From the NCBI GenBank assembly GCA_963665235.2, contig CAXXLX010000001.1, positions 3,040,001 to 3,104,000 of the forward strand: a DNA stretch of 64,000 nucleotides. The letters run 5' to 3'. A program made the position numbers and the translations under genes. Numbering within the stretch: position 1 is the first letter of the stretch; each line of letters starts with the position of its first letter. This DNA comes from Candidatus Poribacteria bacterium (GTDB lineage: Bacteria; Poribacteria; WGA-4E; WGA-3G). The notes under the pieces are model-generated. The model worked only from the letters and a program-made list of their open reading frames with translations. It was not told the DNA's origin and did not search any database. Shown in pieces: positions 47,217 through 56,922 of the stretch.

Positions 47217-48167
47217 CTATTGTGTGCTATTTCCGTTGAGGTCAATATCCTCAAAAGTTTTCGCGTTGAGTATCTGCTCGAAGAGTGTATCAAGCCGTGA
47301 GAATTCCGTGATTTCTTTGATTTCCGCTAGAACGGTATCAGAGATTTCAGGGAATTGGTGCGTCAACAATTTGATAACATACTCCTGTTTGGTTCGGAAC
47401 TCACCTTGTTCGAGGCCTTGTTCGAGGCCTTGTTCGAGACCTTGTGTGATGCCGCGTTGATAACCTTGTTCATCGCCTTGTGCGATGCCGCGTTTCATGA
47501 CCTGTTCGTAAAAAGGAGATTCTTGCATGATTGCCTCCAATCTAGGTTTTTGAAAAAGTTCGTTTGGATGGGCTAAACTCCCGAAAAGCGAGAGTGCAAA
47601 TAAAAGGTTCGCCCGCATTTCTCGGCTGACATCGGCCGCCTGGGTCGTCTCTATACACTTCTCAACCCAAGCTTCAGGTGTCATATCCGCTGGCGGTTCC
47701 ATCAAAGCCGTGAAAGGGAGCAACCCTATAGCTGTAGGGTCCAAAAACGCTTCACCCGGCAAATCATAAACACGGATGACGTTATACTGGAAGTACCCAC
47801 CGCCACGCTGTTCGTTTCCATACCTATAGACACCGGTGTCGTTTTGACCCGCTGGACGGCGGAGATAGAACACCGTTGAATAGACGTTCTTGCCGTGTTC
47901 AAGGGCAAGGAGACTTGAATACGCCAGCATCCGGAGGTGCATCGGTTTATGTGTGCTGTCGTCGGTTTGTGCCTCTATATGTAGGATAGCCTCCTCATCC
48001 GGCAGTTGGACATGAAACGTCATATCACTATGATGCACCCGAAGCGTGACGTGCTCGGTGTTCAGCTGCGCTAAGATTTTCACTTTCGATGTTCCGAGTG
48101 CCAACGCTGCTAAAGAATCCGGGAACCACCCCGTAATGCGTTTAAAGATTTTATCAAAAAATGCCAT
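47217..48167 (-). CDS. Rpn/YhgA-like recombination-promoting nuclease (putative transposase)
   Basis: HHSD..ILHIEAQT..RMLAY, LLPFTALM, MQESPFYE, (EQGL)n repeats. Confidence 0.8.
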   Translation of the reverse strand: MAFFDKIFKRITGWFPDSLAALALGTSKVKILAQLNTEHVTLRVHHSDMTFHVQLPDEEAILHIEAQTDDSTHKPMHLRMLAYSSLLALEHGKNVYSTVFYLRRPAGQNDTGVYRYGNEQRGGGYFQYNVIRVYDLPGEAFLDPTAIGLLPFTALMEPPADMTPEAWVEKCIETTQAADVSREMRANLLFALSLFGSLAHPNELFQKPRLEAIMQESPFYEQVMKRGIAQGDEQGYQRGITQGLEQGLEQGLEQGEFRTKQEYVIKLLTHQFPEISDTVLAEIKEITEFSRLDTLFEQILNAKTFEDIDLNGNSTQ

Positions 48168-48304
48168 AATGAATATTATACCTATATTGTAGAGATATGT
48201 CAATATGTTTAATCAGGGAAGAAAAATCTTGACCTGAAAACGATTTTTGTGTATCCTTTAAAAAATACCATATATGCGAAAAATTGTCAAATTTGGAGGT
48301 TTAC

Positions 48305-48874
48305 ATGTTCGAACAGGTTTTACAAGAGGTTGAGGCGCAATGTAGAGAAGAGCGAATTCCGATGCTGGGACCAGAAAAGGCGAAATTTCTCGCCGCATGT
48401 GTTGAGAAGGCAAAACCGTCCCTGATTGTGGAGTGTGGTACCGCCATCGGTTATTCCGGGCTGTGGATGTTACGCGTGTTGAAGACTGAGAACACCGGGC
48501 GACTGATAACGATCGAAATAGATGAGAACCGCGCCCAGCAAGCCCGCGCTAATTTTGAACGGGCCGGGCTCGACGGCCTCGTGGATTCACGCATCGGCGA
48601 TGCACAAGAGGTCCTGAAAACTATCCAAGAGCCGGTCGACTTCCTACTCCTTGATAACAATTTCAACAACTATTTCCCCTGTTTTCAAGCAATTGAATCA
48701 CAACTAACTAACCCGGCAACCGTTGTAGCGGACAACGTCGGTATCGGGGCAGAGGCAATGGCGGATTATCTTGAACACGTACGCGCTCGCTATGAATCTG
48801 AAACACACTGGTTTGACATAGACCTGCCCTGGGTGAAACAGGACGCAATTGAGGTTAGCATTTACTGCCGTTGA
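48305..48874 (+). CDS. class I SAM-dependent O-methyltransferase
   Basis: VECGTAIGYSG, TIEID, GDA, DFLLLD, VADNV. Confidence 0.9.
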   Translation: MFEQVLQEVEAQCREERIPMLGPEKAKFLAACVEKAKPSLIVECGTAIGYSGLWMLRVLKTENTGRLITIEIDENRAQQARANFERAGLDGLVDSRIGDAQEVLKTIQEPVDFLLLDNNFNNYFPCFQAIESQLTNPATVVADNVGIGAEAMADYLEHVRARYESETHWFDIDLPWVKQDAIEVSIYCR

Positions 48875-48982
48875 ACAAAAACGGCACAAAGTAGCAGTTT
48901 ATGCTCCACTCATCTGCTGTTTTCGCAGTGTCTATGGTAAACCAACGGACATTTATTATCAAGGTTAGCATTTACTGCCGTT
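48852..48982. repeat. 21-bp direct repeat (aggttagcatttactgccgtt) flanking a decayed REP/MITE relic
   Basis: copies at 48852 and 48962; the insert contains a degenerate inverted GCATAAAC REP and the acggacatttattatcaa MITE end. Confidence 0.65.
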
Positions 48983-49082
48983 CAAAAGTAAGCCCAAGCA
49001 ACGCGCCGGGCTGGTTATATGGCGAGGGATATTTCTCAGGAAACCCTCTTATCAAACCGCAAGGAAATATCAAAAATTAAAA

Positions 49083-51758
49083 ATGGACTATAATTTTACC
49101 GATGTGGCTCGGCTGCCTGCACCGGGCGATAATGTTGCTATTGCAACGCAAACATTGGCAGGTGGCACACGCATTCACTACGATGGACACGAATTTCAGC
49201 TATCACATACCGTTCTGGAAGGACATCGGTTTGCAATTCAATCAATTCCGGAAACTTCAGCACTCCTGTCGTGGGGATTGCCGTTTGGTTTCGCCACACG
49301 TTCCATTGCCATTGGCGATTATGTCTGCAATCAGAAGATGCTCGATTCGTTGTCAATTAGAAATTTAAGCTTTGCCTTACCGGAGGTGCCAAACTTTAGC
49401 GATAAGTTGTCGCCATATCTGTTAGATGAGACAGAATTTCGTCCGGGGAAGCAGGTAGCACGGTATAGGGACGAGCGTCTGTTCCTCGGTTACCATCGTC
49501 CTGGGAACCGTGGCGTTGGCACGCGAAACTATGTTGTGGTCATGAGCACAACTGCGCGTACCGCCGGCTTCGCCAGGCGGCTTGCCGAAAAGTGTGCAGG
49601 ACATACTGACGCTTATCCGAACGTAGATGGTATCGTTGCCGTAACGCACACGGAGGGCGGAGAAGGCAAAACGCCCAATAACGTTGAAATGCTGCTCCGA
49701 ACCCTCGCCGGTTTCACTGTGCACCCGAATATAGGCGCAATCTTGGTGGTTGACTACGGTACCGAGGCGGTCACAAATGAGATGCTCAAGACATATATGC
49801 ACCGTGAAGGATACGCCCTGGACGATGTTACCCACCGTTTCTACCAGCGACAACGCAGCTTTGATGCAGATTTAGCCAATGGGACAGTGATTCTTAACCG
49901 ATGGCTGCCGAACGTGAATCGGGTGCCGCGCACCGAGCAATCGTTAGCACATATCAAAATCGCCTTGCAGTGCGGTGGCTCGGATGCGTTTTCGGGCGTA
50001 TCGGGCAATCCGCTCGCCGCTTACGTAGCAAAGGAGGTTATCCGTTATGGCGGATGCGCAAACCTTGCGGAAACCGATGAACTGATTGGGTCGGAGGAAT
50101 ATGTACTACAAAACGTTCGCGACCTGCCGACAGCGCGCACGTTCCTGAAGACAATTGAACGTTTCAAGGAACGCGCCGCATGGCATGGACACTCCACAGA
50201 AGGAAATCCCTCCGGCGGCAACAATTTCCGAGGGCTCTACAACATCGCCATTAAATCTATTGGCGCAGCAATGAAACGACACCCAGATGTCTGTCTTGAC
50301 TACGTTATCAATTACAGCGAATTGATGGAACAGCCGGGCTACTACTTCATGGACAGCCCAGGTAACGATTTAGAGAGCATCGCAGGGCAGGTAGCCTCCG
50401 GAGCTAACATGATTTTCTTTGTGACAGGCAACGGCTCAATTACCAATTTCCCCTTCGTACCGACAATTAAGATTGTCACGACCACCGGACGGTATGAGAT
50501 GCTTACGAAGGATATGGATGTGAACGCTGGCGCGTATCTCGATGGGATGCCGATGGAAGAACTTGGGAACGCTATGCTCGACTTGACAGTGAATGTTGCA
50601 TCGGGGGAACGCTCAGTCGGAGAGAAGGCTGGCCACTCGCAGGTCTCGTTGTGGCGCGATTGGAAACAGACCGGCCCTGTAAATTTGAAACCGCTCTTAA
50701 CCGACTCTGAATTGCGGTCCGGTGAACCGATTCCGATTGATACTGCTACGACACAGCAACGTGTGCCTACCGCCTTGCAATTTCGTGCTCTCCAAACGGA
50801 AACGGGGTACCGCACAGAGCAGGTCGGACTCATCTTGCCCACTAGTCTCTGTTCCGGACAGATTGCACAGATGATTGCACACCGTTGCAATGAACGAGAA
50901 ATTGGCAAAGCGCAAGGCGTATCCCGTTTTGTGGCACTCCCGCATACAGAGGGGTGTGGTGTTTCCAGTGGCCGTTCTGAGGAAATTTACACCCGCACGA
51001 TGATTGGACATCTCACACACCCAAAGGTTGCACTCGGTCTACTCCTCGAACACGGTTGTGAAAAGACACACAATGACCATGTCCGCCATGAAATTCAGAA
51101 ACTCGGTATATCCCCAGAACGCTACGGGTGGGCAAGCGTGCAATTGGATGGCGGCATTGATGCTGTTATTGAAAAGGTGCAGGACTGGTTTCTGGAAACG
51201 TTTGCGGATAAACCTACCCCCCCGGTTGTCGATGCAGATTTGAAACATCTCTGTATAGCCGTAACATCAACCGGAGAGGGGACAGAAGCAGTCTCACAGG
51301 CTTTGACGCAATTGACTCACGAAGTCGTCGCTGCGGGGGGAACGGTTGTTGTACCAGCAAACGCGACCTTCCTATGTTACGAAAACCCACAACGTGTTGC
51401 ACCTACTTTAGCCTATGGGCAGCGGATTGAAAAAGCAGGTTTCCACATCATGGAGACACCGACCGACCAGCAGACAGAAACGTTGACAGGCTTGGGAGCG
51501 ACAGGTGTGGAATTAGCACTTGCATACATCGTTGGGGCCCCCATGCAATCCCATGTGATGGTCCCGCTGATTCAGGTCTCTACGGATGCTACAACGCAAG
51601 CAAACTACGGGGCCGATTTGGACCTAATGACCGCCGATGCTAACAACATGTTAGCCTTGATTGTGGAGGTAGCATCGCGTCGGTATACCCCAAAGCTGCA
51701 CGGTAAGGGAAACACAGATTTTCAGTTAACGCGCGGGTTATTAGGGATTTCAATGTAA
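49083..51758 (+). CDS. UxaA/GarD family sugar-acid dehydratase with a duplicated C-terminal module
   Basis: SAF domain (GDNVAIA), GTRNY, LQCGGSDAFSG, PSGGN; second PHTEGCG/HGCEKT module after ~aa 580. Confidence 0.88.
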   Translation: MDYNFTDVARLPAPGDNVAIATQTLAGGTRIHYDGHEFQLSHTVLEGHRFAIQSIPETSALLSWGLPFGFATRSIAIGDYVCNQKMLDSLSIRNLSFALPEVPNFSDKLSPYLLDETEFRPGKQVARYRDERLFLGYHRPGNRGVGTRNYVVVMSTTARTAGFARRLAEKCAGHTDAYPNVDGIVAVTHTEGGEGKTPNNVEMLLRTLAGFTVHPNIGAILVVDYGTEAVTNEMLKTYMHREGYALDDVTHRFYQRQRSFDADLANGTVILNRWLPNVNRVPRTEQSLAHIKIALQCGGSDAFSGVSGNPLAAYVAKEVIRYGGCANLAETDELIGSEEYVLQNVRDLPTARTFLKTIERFKERAAWHGHSTEGNPSGGNNFRGLYNIAIKSIGAAMKRHPDVCLDYVINYSELMEQPGYYFMDSPGNDLESIAGQVASGANMIFFVTGNGSITNFPFVPTIKIVTTTGRYEMLTKDMDVNAGAYLDGMPMEELGNAMLDLTVNVASGERSVGEKAGHSQVSLWRDWKQTGPVNLKPLLTDSELRSGEPIPIDTATTQQRVPTALQFRALQTETGYRTEQVGLILPTSLCSGQIAQMIAHRCNEREIGKAQGVSRFVALPHTEGCGVSSGRSEEIYTRTMIGHLTHPKVALGLLLEHGCEKTHNDHVRHEIQKLGISPERYGWASVQLDGGIDAVIEKVQDWFLETFADKPTPPVVDADLKHLCIAVTSTGEGTEAVSQALTQLTHEVVAAGGTVVVPANATFLCYENPQRVAPTLAYGQRIEKAGFHIMETPTDQQTETLTGLGATGVELALAYIVGAPMQSHVMVPLIQVSTDATTQANYGADLDLMTADANNMLALIVEVASRRYTPKLHGKGNTDFQLTRGLLGISM

Positions 51759-51770
51759 CCGCGCGTCCTA

Positions 51771-52293
51771 TAACGCAAGTTGCCACATAGTAGCACAAAC
51801 TTCCTAGTTTGTGCCATAAGCGTCCAAAGTAGCATAAACTTCCTAGTTTGTGCCATAAGCGTCCAACATAGAAGTTCACGATAGTAGCATAAACTTCCTA
51901 GTTTGTGCCATAAGCGTCCAACATAGAAGTTCACGATAGTAGCATAAACTTCCTAGTTTGTGCCATAAGCGTCCAAAGTAGCATAAACTTCCTAGTTTGT
52001 GCCATAAGCGTCACGATAGTAGCATAAACTTCCTAGTTTGTGCCATAAGCGTCCAACATAGAAGTTCACGATAGTAGCATAAACTTCCTAGTTTGTGCCA
52101 TAAGCGTCCAAAGTAGCATAAACTTCCTAGTTTGTGCCATAAGCGTCCAACATAGAAGTTCACGATAGTAGCATAAACTTCCTAGTTTGTGCCATAAGCG
52201 TCCAACATAGAAGTTCACGGTACAATTATCAGCAGTTTTTCACTAAAAGCGACGTTTACAAGTCTAAAAATTGATAGGTGGCAACTTAGGTTA
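51771..52293. mobile_element. MITE (TIR TAAC(G/C)(C/T)AAGTTGCCAC, 3-bp CTA duplication) filled with a REP array
   Basis: CTA|taacgcaagttgccac ... gtggcaacttaggtta|CTA. Confidence 0.75.
51788..52219 (+). repeat. irregular tandem array of GTAGCATAAACTTCCTAGTTTGTGCCATAAGCGTC (~9 copies) with recurring linkers
   Basis: linkers are CAAA, CAACATAGAAGTTCACGATA or ACGATA, reused rather than unique; the core nearly matches the 3861-4118 unit. Confidence 0.9.
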
Positions 52294-52311
52294 CTATAGG
52301 GCCCGGTGCAG

Positions 52312-52662
52312 CTAAACCTTTGCCTCAACGGTGAACCCACCTATCAACGAAAAATTCGCTGCAAACTGATACAGTTTCGCGTTATTCCTCTCAATCGTGG
52401 GCGGGTTGTAATGCTCGCCATCTTTCGACCACACAGCGTTGTTCGCCTCAACGCTCTCCCACAACGTAATCCAAGCGTAATCGTAGTCCGATGTAGCAAC
52501 ACCTTCAAGACCACCCTGATACCCTTTGAGAAGTTCAACAGCGAGACACCCCGGTAGTGAACGGACCGCCGGAAGATAGTGCTGTAACATGAAATCCTCA
52601 AAGACTTCATGTTCGACCATCGGTTTGAGTTCAATCGTATGAATTGCACGAAAATGTGACAT
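52312..52662 (-). CDS. hypothetical protein, dimeric alpha-beta barrel (ABM-like)
   Basis: LPGCLAVELLKG..YAWITLWESVEA pattern; AAGGAG RBS. Confidence 0.65.
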   Translation of the reverse strand: MSHFRAIHTIELKPMVEHEVFEDFMLQHYLPAVRSLPGCLAVELLKGYQGGLEGVATSDYDYAWITLWESVEANNAVWSKDGEHYNPPTIERNNAKLYQFAANFSLIGGFTVEAKV

Positions 52663-52686
52663 ATCTCGTAACTCCTTAGGTCGGCT

Positions 52687-53757
52687 TTAGCGGCCGCCGA
52701 TAAATGCCTCTAATTTCTCCTTCGCATCCGCATCAGAATATTGGACAGGGGGCGATTTCATAAAGTAGGCGCTTGGACCGTAAAGAGCACCACCTATACC
52801 TCTATCTATAGCTAATTTACAACAACGGATTGCGTCTATGGCAACACCTGCGGAATTTGGAGAATCCCAGACCTCTAATTTTAACTCAACCCGCACGGGC
52901 ACATCGCCAAATTCGGTGCCATCAAGATAGAGATAACACCATTTTCTATCATCTAGGAACGGAACGTAATCGCTCGGGCCGATATAGACATTTTTCGGTG
53001 CAACTTCGTGGTTGAGCTGCGAGACAACGGCATCGGTTTTTGAAATCCGTTTCGATTCAAGCCGTTCTTTCTCCAGCATATTTTTGAAGTCCATATTTCC
53101 GCCGACGTTCAGCTGCGAGGTGCTTCCAAGTTTTAACCCACGGTCGCTCATCAACTTCGCCAATGCGCGGTGAACGATTGTTGCCCCGAATTGGGCTTTG
53201 ATATCATCACCAACAATTGGTAAACCTGCCGCTTCAAATTTCGCACGCCACTGCTCATTTTTTGCGATGAAAACTGGCATGCAATTGACAACCGCACAGC
53301 CCGCATTCAACGCCGCTGTAATATACCATTTCGTCGCCTCTTCGCTACCGACAGGCAGATAGTTGATAAGAATATCCACCTCATTTTCCTGTAAGACTTC
53401 AGCAACATCTACCACATCCGCAGTCGATTCTTGCACCGTTTCGTGATAGTATTTCGCAAACCCATCCATTGTCGGGCCCCGCTGAACCGTTACGCCTGTC
53501 TCTGGAACGTCTGAAAACTTAATGGTGTTATTCGGTTCACACCAAATCGCTTCAGCCACATCACGGCCCACTTTGCTGCTATCCACATCGAATGCAGCAG
53601 CGACTGTAATATCACTTAGATGATAGGGGCCAATTTTCACGTTCATCAGTCCCGGAACGAATTCGTCCTCTTCCGCTTTTTGATAATAATGGATACCTTG
53701 AATCAGCGAGGAGGCACAATTTCCGACTCCGACAATCGCGATACGAATCTCTGACAT
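52687..53757 (-). CDS. ino1: myo-inositol-1-phosphate synthase
   Basis: [48 protein letters not shown]. Confidence 0.95.
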   Translation of the reverse strand: MSEIRIAIVGVGNCASSLIQGIHYYQKAEEDEFVPGLMNVKIGPYHLSDITVAAAFDVDSSKVGRDVAEAIWCEPNNTIKFSDVPETGVTVQRGPTMDGFAKYYHETVQESTADVVDVAEVLQENEVDILINYLPVGSEEATKWYITAALNAGCAVVNCMPVFIAKNEQWRAKFEAAGLPIVGDDIKAQFGATIVHRALAKLMSDRGLKLGSTSQLNVGGNMDFKNMLEKERLESKRISKTDAVVSQLNHEVAPKNVYIGPSDYVPFLDDRKWCYLYLDGTEFGDVPVRVELKLEVWDSPNSAGVAIDAIRCCKLAIDRGIGGALYGPSAYFMKSPPVQYSDADAKEKLEAFIGGR

Positions 53758-54017
53758 AACTCTCTCCTATTTCTTTATAGAATGAAAAATAAATTACTCC
53801 AGTCCACCATTTTTGGCAAGGTGTTTCGTTCTCTTTTCGTAGTATTTCGGTTAAATGTTGACATCGTAGGAGCGGATAAAAAACTTTCCGGAACGTGCTC
53901 CTAAAACCGTCTCTTAACAGGGTAATACTTTTTGGGGAAAAAGTCAAATTAAAAATGTGTATGAGTCAGGACTATTTAGAAAACACGACTATCCCACGAC
54001 CTAGCCCCACAAACGTG

Positions 54018-55082
54018 TCACGACAACGGCAATGAAATCGGCGCGCCGATTTGGGAGGAACGATATGTCGCCTCTGCTAATTCAATACCATCTCTGCCGA
54101 TGCGGCCGTGAGTTGTCGGCTGCGCTTCACCGGCGATACAGGCAAGCCAATGGTCAATGCTTGCCCCTTTCGCTGCGACACCCCAATAACGTTGACTCCG
54201 CTGCGATTCTGGCAGAGTGCGGTAGGTGTCATCGTTCGGAACTGTGGCACTGAACTCTTCTGGAGCTGCCATATCGTGAGTTTTCCAACGCACGCCATGT
54301 CGAATCAACGTTGCGGAGCCTTTGCTAGTCACGAGACCGTTCCCGCTATTCCCGATTTCCGCGGCCCAACTCTTAATCATCATGCCGACACCCCCGTTTT
54401 TGAAATGCACGGTCAGCACAGCGTTGTTCTCCACTGCCTCATCAGCAGGCGGGTAGGTCCCCCCAAGCGGCACATGGCTCGTGAAACCGTAGACACTCGT
54501 AGCAGGCCCATAGAGCCATAACCACAAATCGAGGTTGTGAATAGCTTGCTCCACTAACATGCCCCCGGATTCAGCTTTGACAAAAAGCCACGGATGCCGT
54601 TCCGGTGAAAACCAACCCACCTGATTGGAATACGCCATCTGTAGTGTACCAAGTGTCCCATCGTCTAATAGCGATTTCAATTTCATGTAACCCGGGTCAA
54701 ACCGCATCATATAGGCTACCATCAGGAGAACACCTGCATCTTCAGCAGCAGCTACCATTGCATCACCCTCGGTGACGTTGCAACACATCGGTTTTTCCAT
54801 CAAGATATGTTTACCCGCCCCAGCGGCGGCAAGGGTGATTTCAAGGTGCGGCCGCGGATGGACACACACGTCGACTGCGTCTATATCTTTTCTGTCAAGA
54901 AGGGCACGGTAATCCGTGTATGCGTCTGCACTAAACCGCTCAGCCTGTTCGTTTGCGGATGCCGCGTTGATGTCAGCGATTGCGACAATGTCAGCGCGAC
55001 GGGTCGGTTCAAAGTAATACGGGGCATGGAGGTTGCGAAAAATGCCCCCACTGCCGATAATACCGACTCTAATCTTATCCAT
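54018..55082 (-). CDS. Gfo/Idh/MocA family oxidoreductase
   Basis: GIIGSGG, HILMEKP, SGGMLVEQAIHNLD. Confidence 0.9.
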   Translation of the reverse strand: MDKIRVGIIGSGGIFRNLHAPYYFEPTRRADIVAIADINAASANEQAERFSADAYTDYRALLDRKDIDAVDVCVHPRPHLEITLAAAGAGKHILMEKPMCCNVTEGDAMVAAAEDAGVLLMVAYMMRFDPGYMKLKSLLDDGTLGTLQMAYSNQVGWFSPERHPWLFVKAESGGMLVEQAIHNLDLWLWLYGPATSVYGFTSHVPLGGTYPPADEAVENNAVLTVHFKNGGVGMMIKSWAAEIGNSGNGLVTSKGSATLIRHGVRWKTHDMAAPEEFSATVPNDDTYRTLPESQRSQRYWGVAAKGASIDHWLACIAGEAQPTTHGRIGRDGIELAEATYRSSQIGAPISLPLS

Positions 55083-55141
55083 ACATTTCCTCCCTGTCGT
55101 TGTTCGTAGTAGGGAAACCATTTATTGCCCGTTCCCCCCGC

Positions 55142-55852
55142 CTAATGTCCATCCCTGACATTAAGAATAGGGGGTTTCCTTGTATCCTCTAAAAGCGCGA
55201 GTGCCTCCAATATAATCGCATGTTGCAATGCTGGATTGTTCGGCTCCCCAAGAGGGTAACCGAAACGATACGGAACCGCTAACGCACGCGGCGGCTTAAC
55301 CCGCTTTGTAATGCTTTCATCAAGCGTTATAGAAACAGTCGAGACTCCCGCCGATTCAACGGCGCGTTGTATCAATCCTACTGACTGATTGCACATCGGT
55401 CATACAGGCGTTAAAAATGCTACATCAACACCATCCGCTTTGAGCTTCTGTCCTACCTCCGGTGCAGTTTTTTCAATAAGCCGTTTCGGTTTTGTAATTG
55501 AGCCCATGAAACTGAAGTGTCTATCGTTGAGTGAACCGATTTTACCTTCTGTCTCTAGCTCCCTGAATCTATCAAGTGGGAACGCAAGGTTTACATCAGT
55601 TTCGATACCGCGTTCATCATAAGCCGCACTTTTATGTCCGTTTATAAGTGTTTGAGTCTGAATGGAATTTGGAATTTCGCGGTATGAACAATCACCGCCA
55701 TTATAAGGCTTCTGTTCTCGAAGATGTAATCCAGCCGTTGTAATTAGCGCGACACGGCATCGGCTTAATTCCTTTTGCAAAGGTGTGTTAGGCGTTGTAC
55801 TATAAGACCTGATTGGGTATGCCTGCATAAAGAATCGGTATAAATTGTCCAA
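55142..55852 (-). CDS. GrdB/PrdB-family reductase selenoprotein B-like, with in-frame TGA (Sec) at 55400-55402
   Basis: ALITTAGLH, GDCSYREIP, DVNLAFPLDRFREL, FLTPV-TGA-PMCNQSVGLIQRAVESAGVSTVSI..VKPPRAL..GYPLG; ORFs 55400-55852 and 55142-55396 are in frame. Confidence 0.88.
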
Positions 55853-55864
55853 TTTGAAAATGTC

Positions 55865-56890
55865 CTACCCGTTCGCAAAGATAAGCCGTTCCCTGTTTTG
55901 GCAGGGGAGTTGTATCGTCTGCCCGGTAATACTGCTTTCAATAGCAGCAAATCCGATTTCGTTCACAGCGGTGTAGTCATCGCGAGCACAGTGGGGAAGC
56001 GGCCCGCCATCAAGATAATCTGTAATCTGTTTATACGCAATTTTGAACGGACTGGCGTTTTCAGGTAAATCGAGCGTTGCGTTATCTATCAACTTACCCT
56101 CCTTATGCACCGTTGCGCCGCTATAAAATCCGGTTTGGACTGTGCCTTCACTGCCGATGACATCCACAGAAAATGCCCCTCGGACCCCATGTTTTCCGAC
56201 ATGGCAACCGATAACACCGCTTTCATATTGGATAGTTGCCCCGACAATTGCAGGTTCAGGTTCGTAAGGTGTCGGAACATCACCACCCCCTTCAACAAAC
56301 CCTGTTACCGCGCTTGGGTCGTAACCGGCGAACTGGCAAATCATATCCGTTGTGTGGATAGCAAAAGAGAGCACACCGCCGCCACAATAACCGATGACGG
56401 TTTGTACCTCACCGATGAGGCCATCCTTGATAAGGGATTGGAGCCGTATCAGATGCGGCCCCCAGTGCCGTGTGTAATCCACGATGATTGGGATGCCCTT
56501 TGCGTCAGCCCCCGCTGTCATTGTGTCTACCTCTTCGAGGGAACATCCAGCTGGTTTTTCGAGAAAAATGGCTTTAATGTCCGCCTTCAAGACGTTCTGC
56601 GTCACCGCGAAATGGTGAGGGCCCCGCACACAGACAGCGACAATGTCCAACTTTTCACTTTCGAGCATCTGTGTGTCTGTTTCATAGTAATTGATGGAGT
56701 TGTCAGGAAAACCGGGCCCCCATGTTTTTTTAAAGTCTGCTTGGCGTTCAGCAGACATATCGGCAACTGCCACTAATTCGGTTGTCTCACAAAAACGGAT
56801 GCCACCTGTGTGGCAATACGGATAAGCGTCATCTGGCGTTGAATAACGGGAGGCAATACTGCCTAACCCAATAATACCGACACGATACAT
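55865..56890 (-). CDS. Gfo/Idh/MocA family oxidoreductase
   Basis: GIIGLGSIA, IFLEKP, FAIHTTD. Confidence 0.88.
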   Translation of the reverse strand: MYRVGIIGLGSIASRYSTPDDAYPYCHTGGIRFCETTELVAVADMSAERQADFKKTWGPGFPDNSINYYETDTQMLESEKLDIVAVCVRGPHHFAVTQNVLKADIKAIFLEKPAGCSLEEVDTMTAGADAKGIPIIVDYTRHWGPHLIRLQSLIKDGLIGEVQTVIGYCGGGVLSFAIHTTDMICQFAGYDPSAVTGFVEGGGDVPTPYEPEPAIVGATIQYESGVIGCHVGKHGVRGAFSVDVIGSEGTVQTGFYSGATVHKEGKLIDNATLDLPENASPFKIAYKQITDYLDGGPLPHCARDDYTAVNEIGFAAIESSITGQTIQLPCQNRERLIFANG

Positions 56891-56922
56891 AAGAATTGCT
56901 CCTTTGTTTGAGGGGTGTAACG

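Noticed and set aside
47390-47490. 12-bp repeats in the Rpn gene as a DNA-level element
   Set aside because: They encode the usual (EQGL)n low-complexity tract of this family.
51788-52219. Array as a CRISPR
   Set aside because: The linkers are 4-20 nt and reused identically rather than being unique spacers, and the array is bounded by MITE TIRs.
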